From the NCBI GenBank assembly GCA_024280485.1, contig JAJRQB010000019.1, forward strand, positions 3,695-67,694: a stretch of 64,000 bases of DNA. The letters are read 5' to 3'. The notes beneath the pieces are model-generated. The model was given only the letters and a program-made list of their open reading frames with translations, was not told where the DNA came from and searched no databases. Positions 15,605 to 26,573 of this stretch are shown piece by piece (within the stretch, counting starts at the first letter, position 1; each line of letters opens with the position of its first letter). The translations under genes and the position numbers were made by a program. Source of the stretch: Deltaproteobacteria bacterium. GTDB lineage: Bacteria > Desulfobacterota > Desulfuromonadia > Desulfuromonadales > Geopsychrobacteraceae.

Positions 15605-17899
15605 ATGATAAATCAATTGACGGAAATAATTTCAGAAGAAGTAAGCTGCCAGCCTACTCAGGTTACTCAGACCATGGCCCTTCTTACTGCTGGTGGTACG
15701 GTCCCCTTCATTGCCCGATATCGTAAAGAGGTGACCGGCGAGCTTGATGAGGTCGCAATTCGCGCCATTGAGCAGCGGATGATCTATTATCGAGAACTTG
15801 AGGACCGCCGTCAGACGATTCTAAAGACGATTGAGGAACAGGGGAAACTGACCCCTGAGCTTAAAAAAAAGATTCTGAATACTCGGCAAAAGAACGAGCT
15901 GGAGGACCTTTACCTGCCGTACAAGACGAAACGGCGCACCAAGGCCTCTGTCGCGCGTGAGCGCGGGCTAGAGCCCTTGGCTGAGCAAATTCTAGCAACA
16001 ATCGACTCTGCTCAGAGTTTGGATGAACTTGCAACGAACTATATTGATCCCGACATGGATCTACCCGATTGTGTAACGGTCCTGGCTAGCGCAGGTCATA
16101 TTCTGGCCGAAGATTTTGCCGACCAGGCTGAGGGCCGTGCTTACGTGCGACGTAAAACCTGGGAACAGGGGATATTCTGTTCGACTGTAGCGCGTGGCAA
16201 AGAGACTCAGGTCAGTAAATTCGAAATGTATTACGACTTTCGTGAGCCCCTTAAAGATGTGCCTTCCCATCGCATGTTGGCGATGCGCCGTGGTGAAAAG
16301 GAGGAGGTACTGCGCCTCAAGATAGAGGCCCCGGAAGATGAACTTCTGGCCGGGTTGGTCAGTCTGTTGTTGCCTGCGGCAACTACCTATCGGCAATGGC
16401 TTATTGAGGTGGTGCGCGACAGCTACCAGCGCTTGATCGCCTCGGCAATAGAAGTTGAACTGCGGCTCGAAGCGAAAAAAAATGCCGATCAGGCCGCGAT
16501 TCAGGTTTTTGCCGAGAATCTACGCCATTTGCTGCTTGCTGCTCCCGCTGGGAGTCAACGTGTGTTGGGGATCGATCCGGGCCTGCGCACCGGATCAAAG
16601 TTGGCGATTATTGATGGAACTGGCCGTTTCCTGGCACATACCACTATCTACCCGCATACCGGTGGTAATCGGGCTGATTCTGCGGTTGCAGATTTCCTGC
16701 AATTGGTAAGGCAACATCAGGTCGACATGGTTGCCGTCGGAAATGGTACGGCCGGCCGCGAGATGGAGCAATTCGCACGCAAGGCTTTGAAAGATGTTGG
16801 AATCAAGCTGCCAGTCGTTATGGTCAGTGAATCCGGGGCAAGTATTTATTCGGCTTCGGATATTGCACGCGAGGAATTTCCAGATCTTGACCTGACTGTG
16901 CGTGGTGCAATTTCAATTGCGCGCCGCCTGCAAGATCCGCTCGCCGAACTGGTTAAGGCTGAACCGAAGAGCATCGGAGTAGGTCAATATCAGCATGATG
17001 TGTCGCAAACACTTCTAAAAAAAGCATTGGATGAGGTGGTGGAATCCTGTGTCAACTTCGTCGGTGTTGAACTTAATACCGCCTCCTGGGCGTTGCTCAG
17101 TTTTGTTTCAGGATTGAGCGAAACCCAGGCGCGCGCCATTGTGACTCGGCGTGACGAAAAGGGCCCGTTTCGTAACCGTTCCGAGCTATTGGATGTCCCG
17201 CGTTTTGGTGCGCGAACTTTTGAATTGGCGGCAGGTTTCTTACGTATTCGTGGTGCACAGAATCCATTGGATAACTGTGCGGTGCACCCCGAGCGTTATG
17301 CGCTGATCGAACGGATGGCCGCAGACTCCGGCCTTGCTCTGGCGGAATTTATCGCAGACCGGCAGGGGGTGGAGCGGATCAAGTTGAATCGTTATGTCGA
17401 TAAAGAGGTTGGCTTGCCGACCCTCCTGGATATTCAGCAGGAACTTTTGAAGCCGGGGCGTGACCCGCGTGAAACCTTTATGCTGAACAGTTTTCGTGAA
17501 GATGTGACCGAGATGAGCGACCTCAAGGAGGGGATGCGTCTGAATGGTCTTGTGACCAATGTCGCCGCTTTTGGCGCCTTTGTCGATATTGGCGTCCATC
17601 AAGATGGCCTGGTTCACGTCAGCCAGCTGGCCGATCGTTTTGTGCATGACCCTGCTACCATCGTCAAGGTTGGGCAGCAGGTTCAGGTGCGGGTCGTGTC
17701 GCTCGATCTGCAGCGCAAACGTATTGGGCTGAGTATGCGCTCAGCTGACGAGGCCGCCGCGTCCGACGTCGATACCGGCAACAGAAAATCAGTGCCGACT
17801 CCGCCCCGGAAAAAGACCTCGGAACAGACATCTCCTAAAATAACAACCGATCTCGGAGCGGCTTTTTCGCGCGCTGGTTTTAAAGTGAAAGGAAAATAG
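15605..17899 (+). CDS. tex: Tex family RNA-binding transcriptional accessory protein
   Basis: 764 aa with TVPFIARYRKE, a YqgF-like centre (GIDPG.RTG.K), HhH motifs and a C-terminal S1 domain (GLVTNV.AFGAFVDIG...GLVH.S). Confidence 0.9.
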   Translation: MINQLTEIISEEVSCQPTQVTQTMALLTAGGTVPFIARYRKEVTGELDEVAIRAIEQRMIYYRELEDRRQTILKTIEEQGKLTPELKKKILNTRQKNELEDLYLPYKTKRRTKASVARERGLEPLAEQILATIDSAQSLDELATNYIDPDMDLPDCVTVLASAGHILAEDFADQAEGRAYVRRKTWEQGIFCSTVARGKETQVSKFEMYYDFREPLKDVPSHRMLAMRRGEKEEVLRLKIEAPEDELLAGLVSLLLPAATTYRQWLIEVVRDSYQRLIASAIEVELRLEAKKNADQAAIQVFAENLRHLLLAAPAGSQRVLGIDPGLRTGSKLAIIDGTGRFLAHTTIYPHTGGNRADSAVADFLQLVRQHQVDMVAVGNGTAGREMEQFARKALKDVGIKLPVVMVSESGASIYSASDIAREEFPDLDLTVRGAISIARRLQDPLAELVKAEPKSIGVGQYQHDVSQTLLKKALDEVVESCVNFVGVELNTASWALLSFVSGLSETQARAIVTRRDEKGPFRNRSELLDVPRFGARTFELAAGFLRIRGAQNPLDNCAVHPERYALIERMAADSGLALAEFIADRQGVERIKLNRYVDKEVGLPTLLDIQQELLKPGRDPRETFMLNSFREDVTEMSDLKEGMRLNGLVTNVAAFGAFVDIGVHQDGLVHVSQLADRFVHDPATIVKVGQQVQVRVVSLDLQRKRIGLSMRSADEAAASDVDTGNRKSVPTPPRKKTSEQTSPKITTDLGAAFSRAGFKVKGK

Positions 17900-17902
17900 C
17901 AA

Positions 17903-18781
17903 GTGACACAACAAAGGGTCGATCTGCACCTGCATACCACCTGTTCTGATGGACATTATAGCCCGCAGGAACTGGTCGAACTTGCGGTGAACGCAGGGAT
18001 GAAGGCGATCGCTATTGCAGACCATGATAATGTTGATGGTATTGATACCGCGATGAAGTCTGGCACGGAATTGGGCATTGAAGTTATTTCGGCAGTTGAA
18101 TTGTCGAGTCAATGGCAGGATTATCAAGATATTCACTTGCTTGGGTATGGATTTGATCACCATCATGCTGAACTAACCCGGCAGCTGAGTGTTTTCCGTG
18201 AGTTTCGAGCCGGACGGAATCAACAGATTGTTGAGAAAGTGAACCGTCAACTCGAAGGTGAGGGGCGGGGCCCATTAGATTTTCTCGCAATCGAAAAGAG
18301 CGCTGGTGGCACCCTTGGTCGCCCTCACATTGCGCTGGCTTTGCGAGCCGCAGGTTATGTGCAAAGTCATGATGAAGCCTTCGATCGCTACCTGGTGCCC
18401 AACGATGTTACTAAGCGTTTTTTTCCAATAGATGAAGCGATTGCACTAATTCACAGTGCTGGCGGCATAGCTGTCCTTGCGCACCCTCCTTATGTAACGC
18501 GCAACCATACCGAGTTGGAAGGCTTGATTGAGAAATTTGTTGTCATGGGTCTTGACGGCCTTGAAGCTTATAATAATGGAGTCAATCAGGATGGAGTCTA
18601 TTGGTTGATCAGTCTGGCCCGTCGTCATCAATTGATCGTGACAGGCGGTTCAGATTTTCATGGTAATGAAGGTTCTGCCATCACTATCGGTTCTGGTGTC
18701 GGCCGTTTAAGTATTCCTTACAGTTGTGTTGATGAAATTCGTTCGACACTCCACCTGCGAAAAATGAAGATTGATGCTTGA
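17903..18781 (+). CDS. PHP-domain phosphoesterase (TrpH/YciV-like)
   Basis: 292 aa, GTG start. VDLHLHTTCSDG...IAIADHD...HP is the PHP metal-binding signature. Confidence 0.85.
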   Translation: MTQQRVDLHLHTTCSDGHYSPQELVELAVNAGMKAIAIADHDNVDGIDTAMKSGTELGIEVISAVELSSQWQDYQDIHLLGYGFDHHHAELTRQLSVFREFRAGRNQQIVEKVNRQLEGEGRGPLDFLAIEKSAGGTLGRPHIALALRAAGYVQSHDEAFDRYLVPNDVTKRFFPIDEAIALIHSAGGIAVLAHPPYVTRNHTELEGLIEKFVVMGLDGLEAYNNGVNQDGVYWLISLARRHQLIVTGGSDFHGNEGSAITIGSGVGRLSIPYSCVDEIRSTLHLRKMKIDA

Positions 18782-18905
18782 TCTTTAAACTGGTGTTTTA
18801 AGAATTGGACCGCTTGTGTAGTTTTTTTATCTGTTTTTTGTTAGATTCTTGATAGAGGATATTTGTTACCGCTACAAGCTACATTTATTGTCGGAGGATT
18901 AAGTC

Positions 18906-19340
18906 ATGAACGATCAGCAACGGATTGATACGGCAATCAATGAAGCACGGACTGGGAGTTCTTTAATCGCATTGATTGATCTCGAAGGTTTGGTGCGAAA
19001 GAATCCTACTCCTCCGGTTTTGGCATGGTTAGGTTACTGTCTGGCCAAGGAGAAGAGTGATTTCTCTAGAGCTCTGGTTTTATGTTCCAGTGCTGTTGAT
19101 AACGCACCGGATGATGCTGATCTCTATCTTGCTCTGGGGCGTATTTACCAGTTGTCCGGTAGGCGTTATCAGGCTTTGTCTTCCTTGAGAAAAGGGTTGA
19201 AGATGGGACGTCATGAGCTCATCGTCAAAGAGCTTAATTCAATGGGTATGCGTAAAGAGCCGGTCTTTGGGGCTCTTGACCGTGCGCATGTCCTTAATGT
19301 TATGGCAGGTCGGGTTATGACTCATTTCAATTTTCGTTAA
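18906..19340 (+). CDS. Small TPR-like protein
   Basis: 144 aa with a GGAGG RBS and helical-repeat-like sequence (LGYCLAKEK...ALGRIYQLSGRRYQAL). Confidence 0.55.
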   Translation: MNDQQRIDTAINEARTGSSLIALIDLEGLVRKNPTPPVLAWLGYCLAKEKSDFSRALVLCSSAVDNAPDDADLYLALGRIYQLSGRRYQALSSLRKGLKMGRHELIVKELNSMGMRKEPVFGALDRAHVLNVMAGRVMTHFNFR

Positions 19341-19380
19341 AACAAAGGGTTCATTGCTTCAACGAGTTATTTATTTACCC

Positions 19381-20163
19381 TTAGCGATGTTTCCAGCAAG
19401 CCTTGCGTTTTTCTAAAAATGCCGCCATCCCTTCTTTTTGATCTTCAGTAGCAAAACAAAGCCCGAACAGATCCGCTTCGTAGTCAACCGCCCTGTTCAG
19501 GGGCATGTCGAGCCCATTGTCGACTGCTTTTCGGATGAGTTGCACTGCGGCCTGAGGCTTGGCTGCAATCTTATTGGCCATTTCGGTGGCCGCCTCCAGT
19601 AAGCGATCTGCTGCAACGACCTGTTCAACCAGCCCGATCTGTAAGGCTTCAGCTGCTGTCACAATCTCACCCGTGAGCATCATCTGCTTGGCCTTGCCAC
19701 GACCGACCAGGCGCGGCAGACGCTGGGTGCCACCCCATCCCGGAATAATACCGAGATTGATCTCAGGTTGGCCGAGACTGGCGCTGTCGGCTGCAATGCG
19801 GATATCACAAGCCATCGCCAGCTGACAGCCGCCCCCCAACGCATAGCCGTTGATGGCCGCGATAACTGTTTTCGGAAAAGACTCGATACGTGCGAGTAAT
19901 TGCTGAGCTTGACGTGCGACCCGGGAAGCCTCTATGGGACCGAGCGGCTGCATCACGGAAATATCGCCGCCGGCTACGAAAGACTTTTCACCCGAACCGG
20001 TTAACACAATGGCATGGACCTGGTCGTTGTCAGCCAGCTGGCTAAGAGCCCGATCTAACTCCTCTAAGGTTTGAGGATTTAAGGCATTCAGGGTCGCAGG
20101 GCGATTAATCGTAATTAGCGCAACCCGGTCTTTGATGCTTAACAATATGTTTTCGTATGTCAT
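19381..20163 (-). CDS. Enoyl-CoA hydratase (crotonase family)
   Basis: 260 aa with ITINRP...NAL, F.AGGDI, A.NG.ALGGG..LAMACD.RIA and E..LGI.PG.GGTQRL. Confidence 0.9.
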   Translation of the reverse strand: MTYENILLSIKDRVALITINRPATLNALNPQTLEELDRALSQLADNDQVHAIVLTGSGEKSFVAGGDISVMQPLGPIEASRVARQAQQLLARIESFPKTVIAAINGYALGGGCQLAMACDIRIAADSASLGQPEINLGIIPGWGGTQRLPRLVGRGKAKQMMLTGEIVTAAEALQIGLVEQVVAADRLLEAATEMANKIAAKPQAAVQLIRKAVDNGLDMPLNRAVDYEADLFGLCFATEDQKEGMAAFLEKRKACWKHR

Positions 20164-20210
20164 TGCGCCCTCTCGATCAGAGTGATTTGTCTCTGTGGTT
20201 TATTGGCTGT

Positions 20211-22667
20211 TCAGCCTTTATGTTTTTTAAGTTTTCGTGTCGGAGTCGCTGCCCAGGGGTCATTTGGCCAGGGGTGTTTCGGGTAGCGGCCTTTCATCTC
20301 TTTTTGGACTTCAGGGTAGACCTGATCCCAGAAGCTGCGCAGGTCGCTGGTGACCGCAAGTGATCGCCCGGCTGGGGAGAGCAGTTGCAGTTTGAGCGGA
20401 ACCTGGCCCTGACAGATGCTGGGTGTTTCGGCCAGGCCAAAGAGTTGTTGGAGTTTTACCGGCAAGACGGGACCTTCAGCTTGATAGTCGATTTTCATCA
20501 TCTCGCCACTGGGAACTTCCATGCGCAAGGGTGCCAGTTGTCCTAGTTGCCTGTTCTGCTGCCAGTCCAACAGGCTTTGCAGAGCAGGGAGCAGGTCAAG
20601 TTTCTTCAGTTGGACCGCCGTTTTGATACCATGCAGGAATGGTGCAAGCCAGTTCTCTGGATGTTTTAATAACTTTGTTCGGCTGAGGTCTGGCCAGGGC
20701 GCACCAAAAACTTTGTGTAGCAGGTTGATTCGACTTAGGAACTGTTCGGTCTCTTGCGACCAGTTGAGTAACGTATCGCCATTGGTGCAGATGGTTTCGC
20801 AGAGAATATCCAGGACTTGTTCCGGTTGTGGTTTTTGGTTTTCACTACAGAGTTCAATCGCACCGAGACGTTTTATCCTGCGTGAAATGATGCGCTGATT
20901 CGGCCCATCCCAAAAAACTTCATTTTGCCATTCTGTTACATCGATCTGTTTTTTGAGCCAGACATTGCTAAGCGCAAGAGCCTGTCTGATCATAACCGCA
21001 CTCGTGTCATTCTGGCTGATATCTGTAACCGCCAACCAGCTGGCATTTCTTAAGGGACTGCGGATGCTGAGCTGGGTTCCTCGACCGTTGACCAGAAGAT
21101 AGTCTCCGTTGATCTGCTTTGAACAGGCGATTCTGTCTGGATAGGCGTGAGCTACGAGTGTAGCAAGCAGTTCGTTCTTAAGTTCACCGGCTCGGGGAGG
21201 ACTGACGTTGTATATTCCGGCCAGTTGCTTAAACGCCCGTACGGGAGGATGATTCAGGCTCCGTTGGTTCATGATCTCCGTGGAAAAGTGGAGTAAATCC
21301 GCGCTGAAATCCTCACTTTTGTTCGATGATGAACCTGCTATGTCGCCGAGAAAGGCACAGAGTAGACAGCCGACAGGCAGGACATTGAGTCGTTCCGCCT
21401 CTAGTAAAAGACTGGCAAAGCGTGGATGGACGGGGAGCCTGGTTGCACGACGACCGTCGCCGGTGAGTCTGCCGCGTCGATCGATCAGGCCGAGTTGAAT
21501 CAAGAGTTGATTCGCTGCGGTCAGGGCGCCTACTGGTGGTGGATCAAGCCAATCGAGTTGAGTTGTATCTTGTAGTCCCCAAGCGCAAAGATCGAGCGCC
21601 AATGGTGTCAGATCCGCACTGCGAATTTCGGGAGGAGTTTGCGGGAGGAGAGTTGCTTGAGTCCCTTCACTCCAGAGACGATAGCAGACACCAGGGCCTT
21701 GACGTCCGGCTCGACCAGCGCGTTGTGTGCTGCTGGCCTGTGAAATTCGTGTTGTTGCCAGCCGGGTGAGACCACTACCGGGGTCGAAGCAGGGTTGACG
21801 GCAGAGTCCACTGTCAACCACGGTGTCAATACCATCTATGGTCAGGCTGGTTTCGGCGATATTGGTGGTTAGTATCAGTTTACGTTTGTCCGATTTCTGC
21901 AGAGCCAATTGCTGCTCGGCAGGTTTTAGACGGCCATGCAAGGGGTAGATTTGAAGTTGTGTCAGCAGGTGTGAAAGTTGACTTTTGACTTGCTCAATTT
22001 CGCGAACACCGGGCAAAAAAGCCAGGATGTCGCCTTCGGTCTCCTCTGCTGCTCTAACGATCGCAGCAGTCATTGGTGTGGTGCAGTTTGTTGCGATATC
22101 ACCACCCATATGGATGATCTTCGTTGGCCAGCTTCGGCCCTCAGACCGCAATCGCTCTGCACCAAGCAGGTTGATCAGCGGCTCACTATCAAGAGTGGCC
22201 GACATGATGAGTATTTTAAGATCATCGCGAAGCCCCTTGCGTAGATCGTTAGTCAATGCCAGCGCAATGTCGCTATGGATGTTGCGCTCGTGAAATTCAT
22301 CGAAGATAACCAGACCGACACCAGTGAGTTCCGGATCTGATTGCAGACGGCGGGTCAGGATTCCTTCGGTGATAACTTCTATACGGGTTTTTGGGGAGGT
22401 TCGGTGTTCGTAGCGGATGCTGTAGCCGACGGTTTGTCCGACCTTTTCGTTCCGTTGTCGGGCCATGAACTCTGCAGCGCTCCGGGCCGCCAGTCGCCGC
22501 GGTTCGAGCATTAAAATTTTTTGTCCGTTCAGCCAATCCGTATCAAGTAGAGCGAGAGGAACACGCGTAGTCTTACCTGCTCCGGGAGGAGCTTCCAGGA
22601 CCAGAACTGGGTGCTGTGCCATTTTTTGTTTCAGTTGGGGCAGGATACTTTCTATTGGTAAAATCAT
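20211..22667 (-). CDS. hrpB: ATP-dependent helicase HrpB (DEAH box)
   Basis: 818 aa with APPGAGKTT, FDEFHER, SAT and TNIAETSLTI.GI, plus the HrpB C-terminal region. Confidence 0.9.
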   Translation of the reverse strand: MILPIESILPQLKQKMAQHPVLVLEAPPGAGKTTRVPLALLDTDWLNGQKILMLEPRRLAARSAAEFMARQRNEKVGQTVGYSIRYEHRTSPKTRIEVITEGILTRRLQSDPELTGVGLVIFDEFHERNIHSDIALALTNDLRKGLRDDLKILIMSATLDSEPLINLLGAERLRSEGRSWPTKIIHMGGDIATNCTTPMTAAIVRAAEETEGDILAFLPGVREIEQVKSQLSHLLTQLQIYPLHGRLKPAEQQLALQKSDKRKLILTTNIAETSLTIDGIDTVVDSGLCRQPCFDPGSGLTRLATTRISQASSTQRAGRAGRQGPGVCYRLWSEGTQATLLPQTPPEIRSADLTPLALDLCAWGLQDTTQLDWLDPPPVGALTAANQLLIQLGLIDRRGRLTGDGRRATRLPVHPRFASLLLEAERLNVLPVGCLLCAFLGDIAGSSSNKSEDFSADLLHFSTEIMNQRSLNHPPVRAFKQLAGIYNVSPPRAGELKNELLATLVAHAYPDRIACSKQINGDYLLVNGRGTQLSIRSPLRNASWLAVTDISQNDTSAVMIRQALALSNVWLKKQIDVTEWQNEVFWDGPNQRIISRRIKRLGAIELCSENQKPQPEQVLDILCETICTNGDTLLNWSQETEQFLSRINLLHKVFGAPWPDLSRTKLLKHPENWLAPFLHGIKTAVQLKKLDLLPALQSLLDWQQNRQLGQLAPLRMEVPSGEMMKIDYQAEGPVLPVKLQQLFGLAETPSICQGQVPLKLQLLSPAGRSLAVTSDLRSFWDQVYPEVQKEMKGRYPKHPWPNDPWAATPTRKLKKHKG

Positions 22668-22670
22668 CTG

Positions 22671-23804
22671 TCAGGCGTTACGGATGATTTCGACCAGCAG
22701 CCGGGAAATCTTGACCATATCCTCAACCAGCACCTCCTCCTCGACCGAGTGAACCTTATTCATGCCGGTACCGAGGATAACGCACTGGATGCCATTAGCG
22801 TTTAAAATGTTAGCGTCAGATCCTCCTCCCGCCGCTTTGATCTCTAACGGGAAGTCGATGGCCTCTGCCGCAGCGCTGATCAGTTGCAAGATCTCTGCTT
22901 GCTTATCGACGTGCATCGACGGGTACTCTTCGTTTAGCTCCAGCGCCATTGATGCCTTGATTTCTGAGCCATCAACGGTTATTCGCGCTTTTTCAACTTC
23001 GTCCTCGATCAACCCGATGATCTGTCGGGTTATTTCTCGTAATTTCTCTGGATTATGGCTCCGAACCTCACCCTCAAGAATAGTTTGTCGTGGGATGATA
23101 TTCGTTGCCTGTCCCCCTTTGATGACACCGATATTGGCGGTTGTTTCTTCATCAATGCGGCCCAATTTCATGCGGCTGATCGCACGAGCGGCTATTTGGA
23201 TAGAAGAGATGCCGTTTTCCGGGATGACTCCGGCGTGGGCCTCCTGACCGATGATTTCAACTGTAAAGCGGTTGGCGGCGGGTGCTTTGTGTATGACGTA
23301 CGAGATACCAGTGGTATCAAGAGCGATACCACGCTTTGCGCTGATCAGGGAAAAATCCAGATGTTTGGCGCCTAGCAGGCCGACCTCTTCGCAGACAGTG
23401 ATCGCTACCTCCAGTGGGACGTGTTCTATCTCCTGCTCACGTAGAACCTCTAGTGCTTCGATGATTTCGGTAATGCCAGCTTTGTCATCAGCACCCAGAA
23501 TCGTGTTGCCAGCACTTCTGAATACACCACCAGTGAGAACCGGCTCGATCCCTTCAGCAGGACCCACCGTGTCCATGTGTACCGACAGCAGCAATGGCTG
23601 CCCCGACTTGCTACCAGGGAAGCGAAAGATCAGGTTGTTGCTTTGACTGCCTATCTGCTTGCTGGCAGTATCTTCTGTTAACGTCGCACCCAACTTTACA
23701 AAACGTTGCCGCAGATAGTTTGCAATTTCAGCTTCTTTGAACGACGGGCTGTCGATGGCGGCCTGCTGTGCAAACTCATTGCTGATTCTCTTAGAGTTAA
23801 TCAT
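22671..23804 (-). CDS. M20-family metallopeptidase (peptidase T-like)
   Basis: 377 aa with HMDTV, GADDKAG and EE.GL.GA motifs. It sits 3 nt upstream of hrpB on the same strand. Confidence 0.8.
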   Translation of the reverse strand: MINSKRISNEFAQQAAIDSPSFKEAEIANYLRQRFVKLGATLTEDTASKQIGSQSNNLIFRFPGSKSGQPLLLSVHMDTVGPAEGIEPVLTGGVFRSAGNTILGADDKAGITEIIEALEVLREQEIEHVPLEVAITVCEEVGLLGAKHLDFSLISAKRGIALDTTGISYVIHKAPAANRFTVEIIGQEAHAGVIPENGISSIQIAARAISRMKLGRIDEETTANIGVIKGGQATNIIPRQTILEGEVRSHNPEKLREITRQIIGLIEDEVEKARITVDGSEIKASMALELNEEYPSMHVDKQAEILQLISAAAEAIDFPLEIKAAGGGSDANILNANGIQCVILGTGMNKVHSVEEEVLVEDMVKISRLLVEIIRNA

Positions 23805-23980
23805 GGTTTCTCCACCTGAGTTTATAAAACGTCAAAGTTAGAACTGGTATCTTAGCTCTTTAACGGGGTTCCGACAAGGGGAGTTGGGCTGGACAAAATA
23901 GCTATTTTACTGTTACAGTGCCTGATTGTAATGTTGTGAACGGCCTGAAAATATGGCCCTGTGATTCGGTATATTACGGC

Positions 23981-25324
23981 ATGATCAAAAAAATTCGTTA
24001 TGATTACCAACCCCCTCGCTCAGCGCGGCGTACTCCGACTCGTCGTGGTACCCGCCGTTTTTTCCCTGTGGTTATTATCCTTGTTGCTTTGACTGTTGGT
24101 GGTCTGATCCTCTTTGGCCCCTCAGGTCGCGACCTTCAGGCCCGTACTGCTCCGCTTGAAATCAGCACAGCTCAACCGAAAATCAGGATCCCGGTACGTA
24201 ACCGCGTTGACGCCGTTATCTCCGTTGGAGAAACCATCACATCGTTATTGGGCAGTTATTTCTCTCCTCAAGAAATTTACAACCTTGGCCAGCAGAGTAA
24301 AAAGGTTTTTCCGCTGACCCGTATTTGTGCTGGCCAGCCTTATCAGATTTGCACTTCAGATGATAAGTTTGAAAGTTTTATTTATGAGATTGATCAGGAC
24401 GAGCAACTGATCATCCGGCGTGAAGATGAGCAACTGCTGGTCGAACGTGTGCCGATTGAATATGAAATTCGCACCGAGGTTGTTCGTGGTTTGGTTGAAA
24501 GCAGCCTGTTTGAGGCCGTGTCTAAGGCCGGAGAAACTTCAGAGTTAGCGACGGCATTGGCGGATATTTTTGCATGGGATATCGATTTCGTGCGTGATTT
24601 GCGGACTGGGGATACCTTTTCTGCATTAGTTGAAAAACGCTTTCGTGAGGGTCAGCCAGCCGGATATAGTCGAGTTCTTGCCGCAGAATTTCGTAATAAT
24701 GGTGTCTTATATCGTGCTTTTGCATATCAGGATGGAGACCGAGCTGTCAGCTACTATGATGTGACAGGACGCAGTGTTCGCAAAGCCTTTTTGAAGGCAC
24801 CCCTCTCTTTTTCGAGAATTTCCTCTGGTTTTTCTTTTAAACGGTTTCACCCGATTACTAAAACCTGGAAGTCGCACCCGGCGATCGATTATGCCGCGTC
24901 AAGGGGAACACCGATTAAAACTGTTGGGGACGGCAAAATTACCCGTATTGGTTATACTAAGGGCAATGGAAACTTTATCGAAGTTCGCCATAACGGCACG
25001 TACAAAACAATCTATCTGCATATGTCTAAATTTGCTTCAGGTATGAAAAAGGGCAAGCGACTTTCACAGGGGCAAGTGATCGGGTACGTTGGTTCTACGG
25101 GGCTAGCGACTGGCCCACACCTCTGCTTTCGTATGTATCGTAATGGTTCTCCCGTAAACCCCTACAAGGTTAAGGCCCCTGCTGCCAAACCGATCAGCAA
25201 AGAGAATATGGCTGAGTTTAAACAACTCACTCGTTCTCTGGTTGCTCAACTTGAAGGGCGAGAGGAGACTCGCGTTGCATCCGCTGGAGCACCAGGCGAA
25301 ATTGGCCAAAATCGAAGGAATTGA
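23981..25324 (+). CDS. M23-family murein endopeptidase with N-terminal membrane anchor
   Basis: C-terminal HPAIDYAA..GTPI....DG.I......GNG.F.EV.H.....T.YLHMS.......G..V..GQ.IG.VGSTG..TGPHL.F. ATG 23981 (MIKKIRY) is preferred over the track start at 23918. Confidence 0.8.
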   Translation: MIKKIRYDYQPPRSARRTPTRRGTRRFFPVVIILVALTVGGLILFGPSGRDLQARTAPLEISTAQPKIRIPVRNRVDAVISVGETITSLLGSYFSPQEIYNLGQQSKKVFPLTRICAGQPYQICTSDDKFESFIYEIDQDEQLIIRREDEQLLVERVPIEYEIRTEVVRGLVESSLFEAVSKAGETSELATALADIFAWDIDFVRDLRTGDTFSALVEKRFREGQPAGYSRVLAAEFRNNGVLYRAFAYQDGDRAVSYYDVTGRSVRKAFLKAPLSFSRISSGFSFKRFHPITKTWKSHPAIDYAASRGTPIKTVGDGKITRIGYTKGNGNFIEVRHNGTYKTIYLHMSKFASGMKKGKRLSQGQVIGYVGSTGLATGPHLCFRMYRNGSPVNPYKVKAPAAKPISKENMAEFKQLTRSLVAQLEGREETRVASAGAPGEIGQNRRN

Positions 25325-25425
25325 TGATCGAACGCCGATACTCACAAATACCCACTTAGAAACTTTTTGCCGCGATTACTTTCTGTCGCGGTTTAATCTC
25401 AGGTTCCTTTCAAGAAGCGGGAAAG

Positions 25426-26544
25426 ATGACTGATAGCTCTCCACAGACAGGGGCCTCCGACCTTTCCACCGCTGCAGTTATCCAGCTGTCTAAGATTGCT
25501 CGCCAACTCTTTCGTTTAAAACAATATCCTCAAGCACGAGAACTTTACCGTCAAGGTCTTGCCGTTGATCCGAACAACCCTTATCTGCTCTCTGGTTTAG
25601 GGGATGTTTGTCGCCAAAATGGAGATTTGGATGATGCAATTCAAGCCTATCAGGGATTATTGACCATAGAACCGGGGAATCTGTTTGCTCTGCGTGGCCT
25701 TGGAGATACCTTCAGGGATAAAGGTTTGTTGACCGCTGCGATCCCACACTGGATCCAATATCTGAAGTTACGATCTGGTGATGTACATGTCATGACTCGG
25801 CTTGCAGATGCTTTGAAGTCTTTGGAGCGATATTCACAAGCCGAGAATCTTTATCAAAAAATACTTCAGATAAACAGTATGGATTCTTTTGCGCTGGCGG
25901 GTTTAGCTGACCTTTTGTATCAGGTCGGGCGTGATCATGAAGCGATTGCGTGTTATGAGAAGATTCTGACTCTGCGGCACGATGTCCTGCGGATATTGAC
26001 AATTGTCGGCAAGCTTTGCTGGCGGGTGTCGGATTTTAAAAAGGCTGAACAGTTCTTTTTGAAAGCTCTCGATATCGATCCAGATAACCCTTATGCCCTT
26101 TATGGCCTTGGCAACTGTTACCGCTGGCAGCGTGATTATACCAAGGCGGTCGAGGTTTGGCAGCGTGTACTGAACCACAGTGAAGGCACCATCGCACTCT
26201 ATTCAAGACTTGGAGATGCTTTTACTCATCTCGGTGATTTGTCCTCAGCAGAACAGGCCTATCGTCAGGTGCTTGATCAAGGCTATGACCGTTTCGCTCA
26301 GATCGGATTGGTCAAGTTGCTCTGCGATCAGGAAAAATACGATCAGGCGATCAAGGAATTTAATACTCTGCTCAGTGCTGAAAAAGATCCCTGGACGCAA
26401 CTCGATGAGTTGAGTAGACGTTTCGTACGGACCGGTCGGCGTAAAGGGATGATCAAGTTCTATCACCAGTTGCTTAATTCAACTGTGCCCAACTGCATTG
26501 AACCTGAACGGCTCAGGGATCTGTTGAAAAAACTTGAAAACTAG
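25426..26544 (+). CDS. TPR-repeat protein
   Basis: 372 aa with repeated A...Y...L..DP.N..AL.GLG motifs. Confidence 0.8.
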   Translation: MTDSSPQTGASDLSTAAVIQLSKIARQLFRLKQYPQARELYRQGLAVDPNNPYLLSGLGDVCRQNGDLDDAIQAYQGLLTIEPGNLFALRGLGDTFRDKGLLTAAIPHWIQYLKLRSGDVHVMTRLADALKSLERYSQAENLYQKILQINSMDSFALAGLADLLYQVGRDHEAIACYEKILTLRHDVLRILTIVGKLCWRVSDFKKAEQFFLKALDIDPDNPYALYGLGNCYRWQRDYTKAVEVWQRVLNHSEGTIALYSRLGDAFTHLGDLSSAEQAYRQVLDQGYDRFAQIGLVKLLCDQEKYDQAIKEFNTLLSAEKDPWTQLDELSRRFVRTGRRKGMIKFYHQLLNSTVPNCIEPERLRDLLKKLEN

Positions 26545-26573
26545 TTTAATCCTCATATGACAGGACAACAGGT